DNA of 64,000 nucleotides from an uncultured Chloroflexia bacterium. Lineage in GTDB: Bacteria > Chloroflexota > Limnocylindria > Limnocylindrales > CSP1-4. Location: NCBI GenBank assembly GCA_963739885.1, contig CAVUCC010000011.1, positions 321,760 to 385,759 on the forward strand. Direction: 5' to 3'. A model generated the notes under the pieces. That model did no database searches. It saw nothing but the letters and a program-made list of their open reading frames with translations, and had not been told where the DNA came from. This document shows, one piece after another, positions 1 to 9,856 of this stretch; positions within the stretch are counted from its first letter, which is position 1; each line of letters starts with the position of its first letter. A program made the translations under genes and the position numbers.

Positions 1-284
1 CGCGCTCCACCGGGAGACCGGCAACGGCCCGACGCGGCTACCGGGCCGCATCCAGCAACCAGCGCACGGCAAGGTCGACCGCGTGCGTGCGCGGCAGACC
101 CTGCTCCACCACCAGCGAGCGCCAGGTCCAGAACGAGATCACGTGTCCGGCGACGGCCCGCAGCCGCCGGCTGCGGGCCGCGCGTGATCCCCATCGACGC
201 CCCTCGTCGAATCCGGCCGTGGGCGGCGTGCATGGACCTCCGCCGTCCATCCACAATGGTTGCCCGAGACCACAGGAGGAGCCC

Positions 285-647
285 GTGCCCGAGGATGCCG
301 CGATCGATCTTCGCGACGATGCCGCGTCGCAGCGCTACGAGGCGCGCCTCGATGGTGAGCTCGCCGGCTGGATCGAGTACGAGCTCGCCGACGGACGGCT
401 GGTCCTCGTCCACACGGAGGTCCCGCCCGCATTCTCGGGCCGGGGCATCGCGGCCAGGCTCGCGGCGTTCGCACTCGACGACATCCGCGCCCGCGACCTG
501 CGGGTCGTGCCCCGGTGCCCATATGTCGCCGCCTACATCCGGGCACACCCGGCCTACCGGGACCTCGTCGTCGGCATCCGTGGCACGCGCATCCCGCGGC
601 GCGGACAGGATCCGCGTCAGCCTCGAGCGCAGCACGAGCCACGCTGA
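285..647 (+). CDS. small GNAT-family N-acetyltransferase (YjdJ-like, single domain)
   Basis: Part of ORF 87..647. A GTG at 285 is preceded by AGGAGGA (274-280). The core GRLVLVHTEVPPAFSGRGIAARLAAFALDDIRARDLRVVPRCPYV fits the short GNAT pattern with an R-G-x-G/A acetyl-CoA loop. Confidence 0.6.
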   Translation: MPEDAAIDLRDDAASQRYEARLDGELAGWIEYELADGRLVLVHTEVPPAFSGRGIAARLAAFALDDIRARDLRVVPRCPYVAAYIRAHPAYRDLVVGIRGTRIPRRGQDPRQPRAQHEPR

Positions 648-932
648 GGCCTCGGGACCGGCGGCCACGTTTGCGCTATGCAGTCAGAGCACGACTGTGA
701 GCCAGGGCTTCGGTGGCAAGTCAACCTCGACGGTCACCCGGTCCGAACGGCGCGTGGCGTGTTGGGTCCCATCGTCGAGCATCAAGTAGCCGCGGGCGGC
801 TAAATCGCCACGGGCTCCCGGCGCCGGATAGTCACCGTGCAGGGTTCTGACGGAAACGCGCGCAGGTGGGACGGACCATCGTGATGATGATTGCGAGGAC
901 GCCGTCGCCGAACGCCCCGAGCCGGCCCTTGC

Positions 933-1574
933 TCACGGCCGCGGGCGGATGGGCCCACCGAGCCGCTCGATCCACGGATGACCCGGATGCACCAGCTCGA
1001 GCGCGTCACGCAGCCAGTCGCGACGGTCAGGTTCCAGGCGTGGAACGACGTAATCGAAGTCGCGATCGTCCTTGGCCCGACAATGCCGCGCCTTCATGTG
1101 CAGCACGAGCTCGGGACGCAGATAGCGCAGCCCGTCCGGACCGATGAAGGTCGCCTCCTGGAGCGGGAGGCGGAGCCGCTCGTCGCGCACGGAGATCCAG
1201 GTCGGACCATCGTGCGGCGTCATCAGCAGGTCGAGCAGCCACGGCGAGCCGGCATTCGTCCGAACCCACATCTGACGGCAGTCCGCGAGCAGATCGTGCG
1301 GTCGGCGCAGCGGACGCAGGGTGCCGGACGCGTTCGACCAGACGCAGTAGTCGCGTGCCAGGTGATCCAGCAGGCGCGGTAGGTCGGCTCGGAGAAAGGC
1401 CACGTCGATGTCGTCGTGTGGCCGCGGTTCGCCGGTGAATGCGTCGATCGCCCAGCCACCGACGATCCACCACGGCGCGTCGAGACCGGCCAGCATCCCG
1501 GCAACACGCTCCGGTCCGAGGCGCGCCCAGGGTCCGTACCAGCGGATGAAATCCGCATCATCGTCAAGCTCCAC
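933..1574 (-). CDS. nucleotidyltransferase-fold protein (aminoglycoside ANT(2'')-like family)
   Basis: 213-aa ORF. WWIVGGWAIDAF...HDDIDVAF looks like the G-G...D-x-D nucleotidyltransferase motif. The amino-acid composition is coding-like. Confidence 0.5.
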   Translation of the reverse strand: MELDDDADFIRWYGPWARLGPERVAGMLAGLDAPWWIVGGWAIDAFTGEPRPHDDIDVAFLRADLPRLLDHLARDYCVWSNASGTLRPLRRPHDLLADCRQMWVRTNAGSPWLLDLLMTPHDGPTWISVRDERLRLPLQEATFIGPDGLRYLRPELVLHMKARHCRAKDDRDFDYVVPRLEPDRRDWLRDALELVHPGHPWIERLGGPIRPRP

Positions 1575-1629
1575 GGCGCAAGGGTACGGTGTCGTGCAGA
1601 GGTCCTCGAGTCGCCGCGCCGACGACCGC

Positions 1630-2877
1630 TCAGCCGGGGCTCCGCTGCACCTCCGGGTCGGTGGCTGGGGACGCGGCCATCGTGGCGGAGTCGGCAGAGG
1701 CCAGCAGCGTCGACGCGCCGACTCCGGCCAGGATGAGCACGAACCCGATCACGTCGATGACGCCCAGCGACTCGCCGAGCAGAACGGCCCCCGAGACAAG
1801 GCCCACAACAGGCGTCGCCAGGAACCCGGTCCCCGACGCCTGGGCGCCGAGCGAGCGCGTGATCGCCTGGCTCGCCCAGTACGCGAACGCGGTCGCGAGC
1901 GGCCCGCTGTAGAACAGGATCAGGATCGTCATCGGCTCCCATCGGATCGCACGCCCCGGCTCCAGGAGCACCGCCAGCACCACGAGCGGGACCAGGGCGA
2001 GCAGCAGCATCCAGGGCTGGAGCTCGAGCGGAGCCTGCGTCCAGTGGTGGCGCCGGACGTGGATCGTGACGCCGGCCCAGATGACCGCGTTGAGCAGCAG
2101 CCCGAGCGTGCCCAGCAGCTCCGCGGCAGACTGCCAGTCGATCACCGCCGGGTTGAGCAGGCCCGCCAGGCCGGCGAGCCCGAGCACGAGGCCGATCAGC
2201 TCGTTGCGCCGCGGCCGGATGCGGAACACGATCGCGAGCAGAACGGCGACCCACAGGGGCATGGAGTACAGGAGCACCGCGGATCGCCCCGCGGGCACGA
2301 CCTGGAGGGCAAGCACCTGGATCGCGACGCCCGCCCCGATCTGCCCCAGGCCGACCGAGGCCATGATCGGCAGGTTGGCGGGATCGGGCCGCCGGAGGCG
2401 CCCCTGCGCGGCAAGCAGGCCGATCATCGTCAGCAGGCCGCCGCCCACGCGCAGTGACGCGTACGTCAGCGGCGGCATGTACCGGAGGCCCTCCTTGACC
2501 ACGACCCAGTGCACGCCCCAGATGAGCGTCAGCAGGGCGAGCAGGGCGAGCGCGGCGGCGTGGGAGTGGACGGCGTCGCCCGAGGTGGGCCGGGACGAGG
2601 GGTCTCGGGACGGAGATCCGGCGATCGACGGTGAGGAGCCGGCCAGGGACGACGACGGGCCGGCCAGGGACGACGACCCTGGCTCCGTCGAGGGCGTGGA
2701 GGCGGCGTCGGCGGGAACGTCCGGGTCTACGCCAGGGCTCCCGGCTGGGGCCCGCCGATGACGACGAACGGGACGCGCTCGACGGTGATCACTGGCAGCT
2801 CCGTGCTCCCGCGCCCGGTCGGGCGGTCGCAACCATGCTATTCGTGCACCGCGCGGTGCGGCTAGCGCTCGCCGCAC
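1630..2877 (-). CDS. EamA/DMT-family transporter with a Ser/Pro-rich N-terminal extension
   Basis: About 10 hydrophobic helices from LLALLTLIWGVHWVVVKEGLRYMPP onward, typical of EamA repeats. The only in-frame start upstream of the helices is the GTG at 2877, 14 nt after the iolG stop. The first ~100 aa are low complexity, so the start is uncertain. Confidence 0.65.
   Translation of the reverse strand: MRRALAAPRGARIAWLRPPDRAREHGAASDHRRARPVRRHRRAPAGSPGVDPDVPADAASTPSTEPGSSSLAGPSSSLAGSSPSIAGSPSRDPSSRPTSGDAVHSHAAALALLALLTLIWGVHWVVVKEGLRYMPPLTYASLRVGGGLLTMIGLLAAQGRLRRPDPANLPIMASVGLGQIGAGVAIQVLALQVVPAGRSAVLLYSMPLWVAVLLAIVFRIRPRRNELIGLVLGLAGLAGLLNPAVIDWQSAAELLGTLGLLLNAVIWAGVTIHVRRHHWTQAPLELQPWMLLLALVPLVVLAVLLEPGRAIRWEPMTILILFYSGPLATAFAYWASQAITRSLGAQASGTGFLATPVVGLVSGAVLLGESLGVIDVIGFVLILAGVGASTLLASADSATMAASPATDPEVQRSPG
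2638..2679. repeat. 21-nt tandem duplication (x2) inside the EamA N-terminal extension
   Basis: gccggccagggacgacgacgg followed by gccggccagggacgacgaccc. On the minus strand it encodes the repeated SSSLAG peptide. Confidence 0.7.
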
Positions 2878-2891
2878 CGGCCCGGCGGGGT

Positions 2892-3899
2892 TCAGCGGTA
2901 CAGGGCGGGCTTGTCAACGTAGTCGATCACCACACGCTGGCCGCTCCGGATCGCCTCGATCCCGAGCTCGGTGACCCTGGTTGCCGCGTACCCCTCCCAC
3001 GCCGAAGGACCCACGATCTCGCCGCGCTCGAGCCCGCCGATCCATGCCTGGAGCTCGGCCGCGTACGCACCGCTGAACCTGGCCCGCCAGTCGGCCGGCA
3101 CCACGGTCCGGGCAACGCCCCCCGTGACCTCGTTGGCGAGCGTTGGATTGAGCAGCGACGCGGTTCCGTCGGAGCCAACCAGCTCGCACCGCACGTCGTA
3201 GCCGTACGTGCCGTTGGCGAGGAACTCCGCCGTGGACAGGATCCCGCTTTCGGTGTGGAACGCTGCGAACTGCGGATCCTGGAGGTGCGCGAATGCGTGC
3301 CTCGTGCGCTTGGGCGGGATGATCTGAACCGACACGATCTCCTCGCCCAGCAGCCACCGGGTCACGTCGATCTCGTGGATCATCGAGTCGGTCAGCACCA
3401 TCGGGTCCGTGAACGACTCGGGCGCCCCGGTGTCGCGGTGGACGTTGTGCAGGATCAGGGCGTCGCCGACGGCGCCGCTGTCGAGCGAGGCCTTGACCTG
3501 CCGGTAGCCGGCGTCGTAGCGGCGCATGAAGCCGACGATCACGAGGCGCCTTCCCAGTGCCACCTCGGCGTCCAGGATCTGCTCGCACTCGGGGGTCGTC
3601 GGGGCCAGCGGCTTCTCGCACATCACGGGCTTGCCGGCCGCGAGGCTGGCGAGGGTGAACTCGGCATGCGTCTCGCCGATCGACGTGATGAGGACCGCGT
3701 CGACCTCGTCGGACGCGATCAGCTCGTGGCCGTCGCCGAAGACCCTCGCGCCGCCCAGGTCCGCGGCGACCTGCGAGGCCCGCGCACGATCGATGTCCGT
3801 GACGGCGCTGACGGTCGACCCGGAGATCTGGTGCTGGAGCTTGGCAGCGTGGTCCGTGCCGATCACACCTGTCCCGATCACGCCGACGCGAATGGTCAT
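2892..3899 (-). CDS. iolG: myo-inositol 2-dehydrogenase (Gfo/Idh/MocA)
   Basis: The start MTIRVGVIGTGVIGTDH is a Rossmann motif. It is collinear with Bacillus/Corynebacterium IolG as I recall it: CEKPLA, VGFMRRYD.GY, HEIDV.RWL, YGYD..CE.VG, GP.AWDGY. Confidence 0.8.
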   Translation of the reverse strand: MTIRVGVIGTGVIGTDHAAKLQHQISGSTVSAVTDIDRARASQVAADLGGARVFGDGHELIASDEVDAVLITSIGETHAEFTLASLAAGKPVMCEKPLAPTTPECEQILDAEVALGRRLVIVGFMRRYDAGYRQVKASLDSGAVGDALILHNVHRDTGAPESFTDPMVLTDSMIHEIDVTRWLLGEEIVSVQIIPPKRTRHAFAHLQDPQFAAFHTESGILSTAEFLANGTYGYDVRCELVGSDGTASLLNPTLANEVTGGVARTVVPADWRARFSGAYAAELQAWIGGLERGEIVGPSAWEGYAATRVTELGIEAIRSGQRVVIDYVDKPALYR

Positions 3900-3965
3900 C
3901 AGGGTCGTCCTTCCGTGATAGGTGGTCCTTCCGAACGCCAATCGGCGGGCGCCTCACGCCGCGCG

Positions 3966-3979
3966 TGCAAACGCTTGCG
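3966..3979. promoter_or_regulatory. LacI-type operator-like palindrome (variant)
   Basis: TGCAAACGCTTGCG lies 67 nt upstream of the iolG (2892..3899) start. It has the same TGnAAnCGnTTnCG architecture as the five sites listed below. Confidence 0.45.
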
Positions 3980-4100
3980 CCAACCTATCGCCGGCCGTCG
4001 CAAGGTGTCAATGGCGAGCGCAACGGCACGGTGGTGAGGCGGCCCGGCCGGTCGGCCGCGCATCGACGCGCCGGCCCGTGCGAACCGGACCGGGTCCACC

Positions 4101-4895
4101 TCAGATCCTGCTGAACGCCGTCCGGAAGGCCTCGACCGCGGCGACGTCGTCATCGCTCGCGAACGACTCCAGCCCGACGACGCCCTGGTAGCCGATGCCC
4201 TCGAGCGCCCGGGCCACGGCCGGCCAGTTGACCTCGCCGGTGCCCGGCTCGCACCGCCCCGGAACGTCGGCCACCTGGATCTCGCCGATCAGCTTGCCCG
4301 CCGCGCGCACCAGCTCGATCAGGTTCCCCTCGCCAATCTGGGCGTGATAGAGGTCGAGCATCATCCGGACGCCGGGCCGGTCGAGCATGCCGACCAGGGT
4401 CATCGTGTCCTGGGCCCTGCCGAACGGCACACCTGGGTGGTCCGTCACCAGGTTGAGGTTCTCGAGGCAGAACACGACGTCGTTGGCCTCACCCAGATCG
4501 GCCAGCCGCTCGAGGGTCCGGTAGGCGTTGAGCCACATCTGCCCCGTGGTGACCGCCTGCGGCCGGAACGGCAGCCCGTTGCGCGAGCCGTCGAGCTCGG
4601 CGCCGTGGACGACCAGGCGCGGGCATCCGATCCGCTTCGCCGCCCCGACCGCGAGCCTCGCGGTCCGAAGCAGCTCCTCGCCTCCCTCGGCGTCGTACAG
4701 GTCGCCGTGGATGTATCCCGTCATGGTCGACCAGGTCGCGCCGATCTCGGCGACGGCGTCGAGGTCCTTGGTGGTCCAGTCCCACATCTCGACCTGGAAG
4801 CCCAGCTCGTGGATGCGGCGCACGCGATCGAGGTATGGCAGGTCGCGGAACAGCATCTCGCTGGTGACCGCGAGCGGGAACATGGGCGTGGCCAT
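4101..4895 (-). CDS. hydroxypyruvate-isomerase-like / inosose-isomerase-like TIM-barrel protein (xylose isomerase-like fold)
   Basis: 264-aa ORF with Hyi-like features: FCLENLN, LDLYHAQIGEGN, EIQVAD.PGR.EPGTGE. Confidence 0.65.
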   Translation of the reverse strand: MATPMFPLAVTSEMLFRDLPYLDRVRRIHELGFQVEMWDWTTKDLDAVAEIGATWSTMTGYIHGDLYDAEGGEELLRTARLAVGAAKRIGCPRLVVHGAELDGSRNGLPFRPQAVTTGQMWLNAYRTLERLADLGEANDVVFCLENLNLVTDHPGVPFGRAQDTMTLVGMLDRPGVRMMLDLYHAQIGEGNLIELVRAAGKLIGEIQVADVPGRCEPGTGEVNWPAVARALEGIGYQGVVGLESFASDDDVAAVEAFRTAFSRI

Positions 4896-4982
4896 GCGGG
4901 TTCCTCTCCGGACGGGACGAGGGCCCTCGCGGGCCCGATGGGTGTCGATGGCGTTGCGGGGGGCGCACTGCGCAGCGTACGA

Positions 4983-4996
4983 TGTAATCGGTTACG
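4983..4996. promoter_or_regulatory. LacI-type operator-like palindrome
   Basis: TGTAATCGGTTACG sits in the divergent gap between 4101..4895 (-) and 5075..6073 (+). Confidence 0.6.
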
Positions 4997-5074
4997 TGCG
5001 CAACTCCGCGGGCCCTCGCGGCGGGCCGCCAGCCGTGCTTAGAATCGCCAGACACACGCTCGTTGGAGGCATCC

Positions 5075-6073
5075 ATGCTCCGCGTCGCACTGTTCGGGGC
5101 CGGCCGCATCGGCCAGGTCCACGCCCGCTCCATCGCCGAGCACGGCGAGACCGAGCTCGCCTGGGTCTGCGACCCCATCGAGACGGCTGCCGGCACCCTC
5201 GCCGAGCGCTACGGCGCCAGGGCGGCCGGCGATCCGCAGACCGCGCTCGACGACGCGACCGTGGATGCCGTGCTGATCGCGTCCGCAACACCCACCCATG
5301 TTGACCTCATCCGCCGCTCCGCGGTCGCCGGCAAGAAGATCCTGTGCGAGAAGCCGATCGACCTCGACCTCGCGAAGATCGACCAGGTCTGGCGGGACAT
5401 CGAGCCGCTCGAGCCGTTCGTCATGCTCGGCTTCAACCGCCGCTTCGATCCCACCTTTCGCGAGATCAGGACAAGGGTTCAGGCGGGAGAGATCGGGACG
5501 CTCCGCACCCTGCGCATCACCAGCCGGGATCCCGAGCCGCCGCCGGCGGCCTACCTCGCCATCTCGGGCGGCATGTTCCGGGACATGACCATCCATGACT
5601 TCGACATGGCCCGGTTCCTGCTGGGCGAGATCGCCGAGGTCCAGGCGATGGCCACCGACAACGAGCTGGCGACGTTCAAGGATGCGCATGACCATGCCCA
5701 GGCCGTCGTCGTCATGCGCGCCACCTCGGGTGCTCTGTGCACCATCGTCGACAGCCGCTCCTGCGCCTACGGCTATGACCAGCGCCTCGAGGCGTTCGGT
5801 GACCTCGGCGCGCTCCAGGTGGGCAACCTGACGGCCACCTCGGTCCGCGCCTTCAGCGCGACGCAGACCGAGGCCGCTGGTCCGGCGCTCAACTTCTTCC
5901 TCGAGCGCTACACGCCGGCCTACCAGGCGGAGTTTGCCGAGTTCGTGGCTGCCATCAACGAGCGCCGCGAGCCGGCGGTCGGCTTCGCGGACGGGCGTGC
6001 CGCGCTGGTGCTGGCCAACGCGGCCGCCGAGAGCGTCGCCACCGGCAAGGTCGTCAAGGTCGCGGGCGGCTGA
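5075..6073 (+). CDS. iolG: myo-inositol 2-dehydrogenase, IdhA type (Gfo/Idh/MocA)
   Basis: ATG at 5075 follows GGAGG (5066-5070). MLRVALFGAGRIGQVHA, FCEKPIDLD, GFNRRFDP.F, ITSRDPEPPPAAYLAISGGMFRDMTIHDFDMARFLLGE and YGYDQR closely follow the rhizobial IdhA sequence as I recall it. Confidence 0.8.
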   Translation: MLRVALFGAGRIGQVHARSIAEHGETELAWVCDPIETAAGTLAERYGARAAGDPQTALDDATVDAVLIASATPTHVDLIRRSAVAGKKILCEKPIDLDLAKIDQVWRDIEPLEPFVMLGFNRRFDPTFREIRTRVQAGEIGTLRTLRITSRDPEPPPAAYLAISGGMFRDMTIHDFDMARFLLGEIAEVQAMATDNELATFKDAHDHAQAVVVMRATSGALCTIVDSRSCAYGYDQRLEAFGDLGALQVGNLTATSVRAFSATQTEAAGPALNFFLERYTPAYQAEFAEFVAAINERREPAVGFADGRAALVLANAAAESVATGKVVKVAGG

Positions 6074-6079
6074 CCGCGC

Positions 6080-7111
6080 TCAGGCCGTCACCTCGTCGAT
6101 CCGCACCGGGCGGCCCTCGCGCCACGATCGGGCGGCTGCGACCGCCAGCCGCAGCGTCTCGAGCGCGTCATCCGGACCCGGCGAGACCGGCCTGCCGGCG
6201 CCGAGGTCCTCGAAGAACACCTCGAGCTCGCGACGGTAGGCCACCTCGAACCGATCCGGGAAGCTCTCGTACAGGTCGCCCTCCCAGCCGAAGTTGCGGG
6301 AGATCGTCGCCGGTGTCTTCTGCGCGCCATCGATGACGACCTTCGCCTTCGCGCCGGCCACCTCGGTCCGGATGTCGTAGCCCCATTCGGAGTGGCGCGA
6401 GGTCTCGAGCACGCCGAGCGCGCCGTTCCGGAACTTGAGCACCGTGAGCGACGTGTCCCAATCGTTCGCTTGGGCGAAGCGGTCATCGAACAGGACCGAT
6501 GCCCACGCGTGGACCTCCTCCACCTCGCCCACCAGGAACCGTGCGAGATCGAGGTCGTGGACGGACATGTCGAGGAACGACCCGCCGCACGAGAGGAGGT
6601 ACTCGACCGGCGGCGGGAACGTGTCGCGGGACAGGGCGCGGAACTGCTCGATCCTGCCCAGCTCACCTCGGTCGATCAGGTCCTTGGCGCGGACGTAGCC
6701 CGGGTCGAACCGGCGCATGAAGCCGAGCTGGACCGGGATGTCCGCCTCGCGCCACAGGTCGACGATCCGGCTGGTCTCGGCGATCTCCTGCGCGATCGGC
6801 TTCTCGCTCCACACGGCCTTGCCGGCCCGCAGGGCGGTCTCGATCAGGGCTGCGTGGGTGTCGGTGGGGGTCGAGATCACGACGGCCTCGACGTCGGGGT
6901 CGAGGATCGCCTCGACCGGGTCGGTCGAGACCCGCTGCGCGCCGGCGAGGTCCTTCCCGGCAGACGCGTTGTCGAGGTTCGGATCCGCCACCACGACGAT
7001 CCGGGCGTTGGGGATCGCCGCCATGTTCCGGACGTGCGTCTGGCCCATCCGCCCCGCGCCGAGGAAGGCGACGCCGATGCTGTTCGGATCGCGAGGCTTG
7101 AAGTTGCTCAT
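6080..7111 (-). CDS. Gfo/Idh/MocA-family (inositol/inosose) dehydrogenase paralogue
   Basis: The real start is MSNFKP... (ATG at 7111, GGAGAA upstream). VAFLGAGRMGQTH, SEKPIA, GFMRRFDPGY, FLDMSVHDLDLARFL. It is the last gene of the iolD operon. Confidence 0.75.
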   Translation of the reverse strand: MSNFKPRDPNSIGVAFLGAGRMGQTHVRNMAAIPNARIVVVADPNLDNASAGKDLAGAQRVSTDPVEAILDPDVEAVVISTPTDTHAALIETALRAGKAVWSEKPIAQEIAETSRIVDLWREADIPVQLGFMRRFDPGYVRAKDLIDRGELGRIEQFRALSRDTFPPPVEYLLSCGGSFLDMSVHDLDLARFLVGEVEEVHAWASVLFDDRFAQANDWDTSLTVLKFRNGALGVLETSRHSEWGYDIRTEVAGAKAKVVIDGAQKTPATISRNFGWEGDLYESFPDRFEVAYRRELEVFFEDLGAGRPVSPGPDDALETLRLAVAAARSWREGRPVRIDEVTA

Positions 7112-7134
7112 CGATTTCTCCTTGGACGGCTCGA

Positions 7135-8076
7135 TCAGGCGGACACTGAAGCGGCGAGCGTCCGGCTGACTCGATCGGCGATCCGGTCCGGTGTCAGGCC
7201 GAACCGCTCGAGCAGCCAGGCGTTGGGGGCCGACTCGCCCCATTCGTCATCGATTCCGATCGCCTCCACCCGGCGCGGCTGCGCCCGGGTGACGATCTCC
7301 GCGACCAGGCTGCCCAGGCCACCGACGACCGTGTGCTCCTCGGTCGTCACGATCAGCGGCGCCGTGGCCGCAGCCCCCGCGATCGCGTCGGCATCGACCG
7401 GCTTGAGCGACGGCACATGCAGCACCCCGGCCTCGATGCCGTCGGCGGCGAGGAGCCCGGCGGCGGCCAGGGTGCGGGCGGTCTGCTGCCCCGTCGACAT
7501 CAGCACGACGTCAGTGCCGTCGCGCAGGCGCAGGACGCGGCCGGGGACGAACTCGTAGTCCGGGGGCACGATATCCGGGCCGCCCTCGCGACCCAGCCTC
7601 AGGTACACCGGGCCGGGCGTCGCCGTGGCCCATCGCACCATGGCGGCACACTCGGTCGCGTCGCCCGGGGCGAGCACCGTCATGCCGGGCATCGCCCGCA
7701 TGATCGTCAGGTCCTGGACGTCGAGGTGGGTCTTGCCGGTGAAGCCCGTCTGGACGCCGGCATAGGCGGCACCGATCTTGACGTTCGCGTGGGTCTGGGC
7801 CACGGCCATCCGCACCTGGTCCAGGGCACGATGGGTGAAGAACACGGCGAACGACGAGAGCCACGGAACGAAGCCCATGGCCGCCAGCCCGACGGCTGTT
7901 CCGACCATTCCCTGCTCGGCGATCCCCATCTCGTAGAAGCGGTCAGGATGGGCACTCGCGAACCGGTCGGCGCGGGTCGAGGTGGCCAGGTCGCCGTCGA
8001 GAACGAGCACGCGCGGATCCTCCGACGCTACCTCGATCAGCGTGTCCGCCCACACGTCGCGCAGGGGCCGGGTCAC
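7135..8076 (-). CDS. transketolase, C-terminal (pyrimidine-binding) subunit
   Basis: The GTG start at 8076 overlaps the upstream stop (GTGA). DRFYEMGIAEQGMVGTAVGLA and the rest are typical of split transketolase B subunits. The 801-aa ORF 7135..9540 in the track is a fused-frame artefact. Confidence 0.8.
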   Translation of the reverse strand: MTRPLRDVWADTLIEVASEDPRVLVLDGDLATSTRADRFASAHPDRFYEMGIAEQGMVGTAVGLAAMGFVPWLSSFAVFFTHRALDQVRMAVAQTHANVKIGAAYAGVQTGFTGKTHLDVQDLTIMRAMPGMTVLAPGDATECAAMVRWATATPGPVYLRLGREGGPDIVPPDYEFVPGRVLRLRDGTDVVLMSTGQQTARTLAAAGLLAADGIEAGVLHVPSLKPVDADAIAGAAATAPLIVTTEEHTVVGGLGSLVAEIVTRAQPRRVEAIGIDDEWGESAPNAWLLERFGLTPDRIADRVSRTLAASVSA

Positions 8077-8972
8077 GGGACGACCTCCCCGATCTCGGCG
8101 CGGGCGGCCTCGGCCTCGGCCATCGTGGCCACGCGGCTGTGCCACTCGAAGGTGCCCTCGGTGAAGCTGAAGCCCCGGCCCTTGACAGTGCGCGCGAGGA
8201 TCGCGGTCGGGACGGCACCCGCCCCGGTGGACCGCGCATCCCCGCAGGCGGCGAGGATCTCGCCCATGTCGTGCCCGTCGATCTCGAGCACGCGCCAGCC
8301 GAACGCCTCGAACGCCTGCCGCACGGCCACCTCGCCGAACGGGTCGCGACGGTCGCCCCGGTGCCGCTCCCCTGGCCGGAGCGGCCAGCCGTACTGCTGC
8401 AGGCCGTTGCGGTCGATGATCGCCGTGAGGTTGCCCAGGCCGTACTTCGCGGCAACCGGGATCGCCTCCCAGACCTGGCCCTCCTGCATCTCCCCGTCGC
8501 CCAGCAGGACCCAGGTGTGGTTGTCCAGACCCAGGCGCCGGGCGCCCATCGCCATCCCCACCCCGATCGAGAGACCCTGGCCCAGCGAGCCGGTGGAGGT
8601 GTCGAGACCGGGCAGGCGGGTCATGTCCGGATGGCCCTGGAGGCGCGTCCCCGCGGCGTCGAACGTCCGGAGCTCGTCGACCGGGAGGTAGCCCCGGAGT
8701 GCCATCGCCACGTACAGCCCGATCGAGGCGTGACCCTTGGACAGGATGAACCGGTCCCGCTCGGGCCAGTCCGGTCGCGATGGATCGATCCGCAGCACCT
8801 GGAAGTAGAGTGCGATCAGCAGGTCCATCGCCGACAGCGGCCCGCCCACGTGACCGGCGCCGGCGCGGGCCACGCTCTCGATCACGAGCAGCCGGCCACG
8901 CCGGGCGAGCGCCTCGAGGTCCGCGTCGCGACCGGGAACGGCCTCGCCGGCACCCTCGGCCGGGCCGCTCAT
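8073..8972 (-). CDS. transketolase, N-terminal (TPP-binding) subunit
   Basis: GHVGGPLSAMD, SKGHAS, QGHPD, GSLGQGLS and LLGDGEMQEGQVWEA (the TPP motif). The ATG at 8972 overlaps the iolE stop (ATGA). Confidence 0.8.
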   Translation of the reverse strand: MSGPAEGAGEAVPGRDADLEALARRGRLLVIESVARAGAGHVGGPLSAMDLLIALYFQVLRIDPSRPDWPERDRFILSKGHASIGLYVAMALRGYLPVDELRTFDAAGTRLQGHPDMTRLPGLDTSTGSLGQGLSIGVGMAMGARRLGLDNHTWVLLGDGEMQEGQVWEAIPVAAKYGLGNLTAIIDRNGLQQYGWPLRPGERHRGDRRDPFGEVAVRQAFEAFGWRVLEIDGHDMGEILAACGDARSTGAGAVPTAILARTVKGRGFSFTEGTFEWHSRVATMAEAEAARAEIGEVVP

Positions 8973-9856
8973 CGCGCGCTGGCCGGGACGGCCAGCAGCC
9001 GCTCCAGGTACTCCCGGTTGGCGCGGGCGGTCTCGGTCGGGTCGCCCGGCGCCGTGTCCTGCTCGATGACGTACCAGCCGTCATAGCCGGCGGCCTGGAT
9101 GGCCGCGACAACCTCCGGGATCCGCGCGATCCCCTCCCCCAGCGGCGGGAAGATGTAGGCGGCCAGCGCCTGGCCGAAGCTCCAGCCCTCCGCCTTCGCC
9201 CTGCCCAGCACGTCGCCGTCGACGTCCTTGATGTGGACGTGCCGAACGCGATCGGCATATCGCGGCAGCATGTCGATCGCGGCGCCGCCGCCGTACGCCA
9301 GGTGCCCGATGTCCAGGCACCAGCCCACCAGCGCCGGGTCGGTCTCGTCGAGCAGCCGTGCCATCTCGGCCGGGGTCTCGACGTAGGTGCCGACGTGGTT
9401 GTGGAACACCAGCTCCATACCCATCGGCTCGAGGCGCCGGGCGAGCTCGTGCAGGCCGTCGGCCAGGTTCCGCCACTGGGTGCCGGTGAGGCCCCGCGAC
9501 TCGTCCACGTGACCCGCCTCGCCCCGGCGGCGGTCGTCACCGGCCTCCGCGGCGATCAGCCGGGTGCCGCCGTTGACCGCCAGGAACCGGGCGATGCCGA
9601 GTGCCCGCTCGAGCTCGGCCTCACGCCGGTCGGCGTCGCGAAAGCCGAGACCGACGAACGCGCCCACCAGGTCCAGACCGCGCGAGCGGAGGTCATTGCC
9701 GAGCACCTCGGGGTCGGTCGGCATCGAGGGACCCCATTCGGTGGCGTCGTACCCCGCCTCGACGAAGTGGTCCATCGCCTCGCCGTACGGGATCCACGGG
9801 AAGACATCGGGGATGTCGGGGTTGTTCCAGTTGACGACGGCCGTCGCGATCCTCAC
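8969..9856 (-). CDS. iolE: myo-inosose-2 dehydratase (xylose isomerase-like TIM barrel)
   Basis: The GTG at 9856 overlaps the iolD stop (GTGA). LVFHNHVGTYVETPAEMARLLDETDP, LDIGHLAYGG, VRHVHIKD and GWYVIEQD parallel B. subtilis IolE as recalled. It sits directly downstream of iolD. Confidence 0.75.
   Translation of the reverse strand: MRIATAVVNWNNPDIPDVFPWIPYGEAMDHFVEAGYDATEWGPSMPTDPEVLGNDLRSRGLDLVGAFVGLGFRDADRREAELERALGIARFLAVNGGTRLIAAEAGDDRRRGEAGHVDESRGLTGTQWRNLADGLHELARRLEPMGMELVFHNHVGTYVETPAEMARLLDETDPALVGWCLDIGHLAYGGGAAIDMLPRYADRVRHVHIKDVDGDVLGRAKAEGWSFGQALAAYIFPPLGEGIARIPEVVAAIQAAGYDGWYVIEQDTAPGDPTETARANREYLERLLAVPASAR

Noticed and set aside
7135-9540. 801-aa ORF in the track
   Set aside because: Only its C-terminal 313 aa (the transketolase C-terminal subunit) look like protein. 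The upstream part is Arg/Pro/Gly-rich read-through overlapping the real transketolase-N and iolE genes in other frames.
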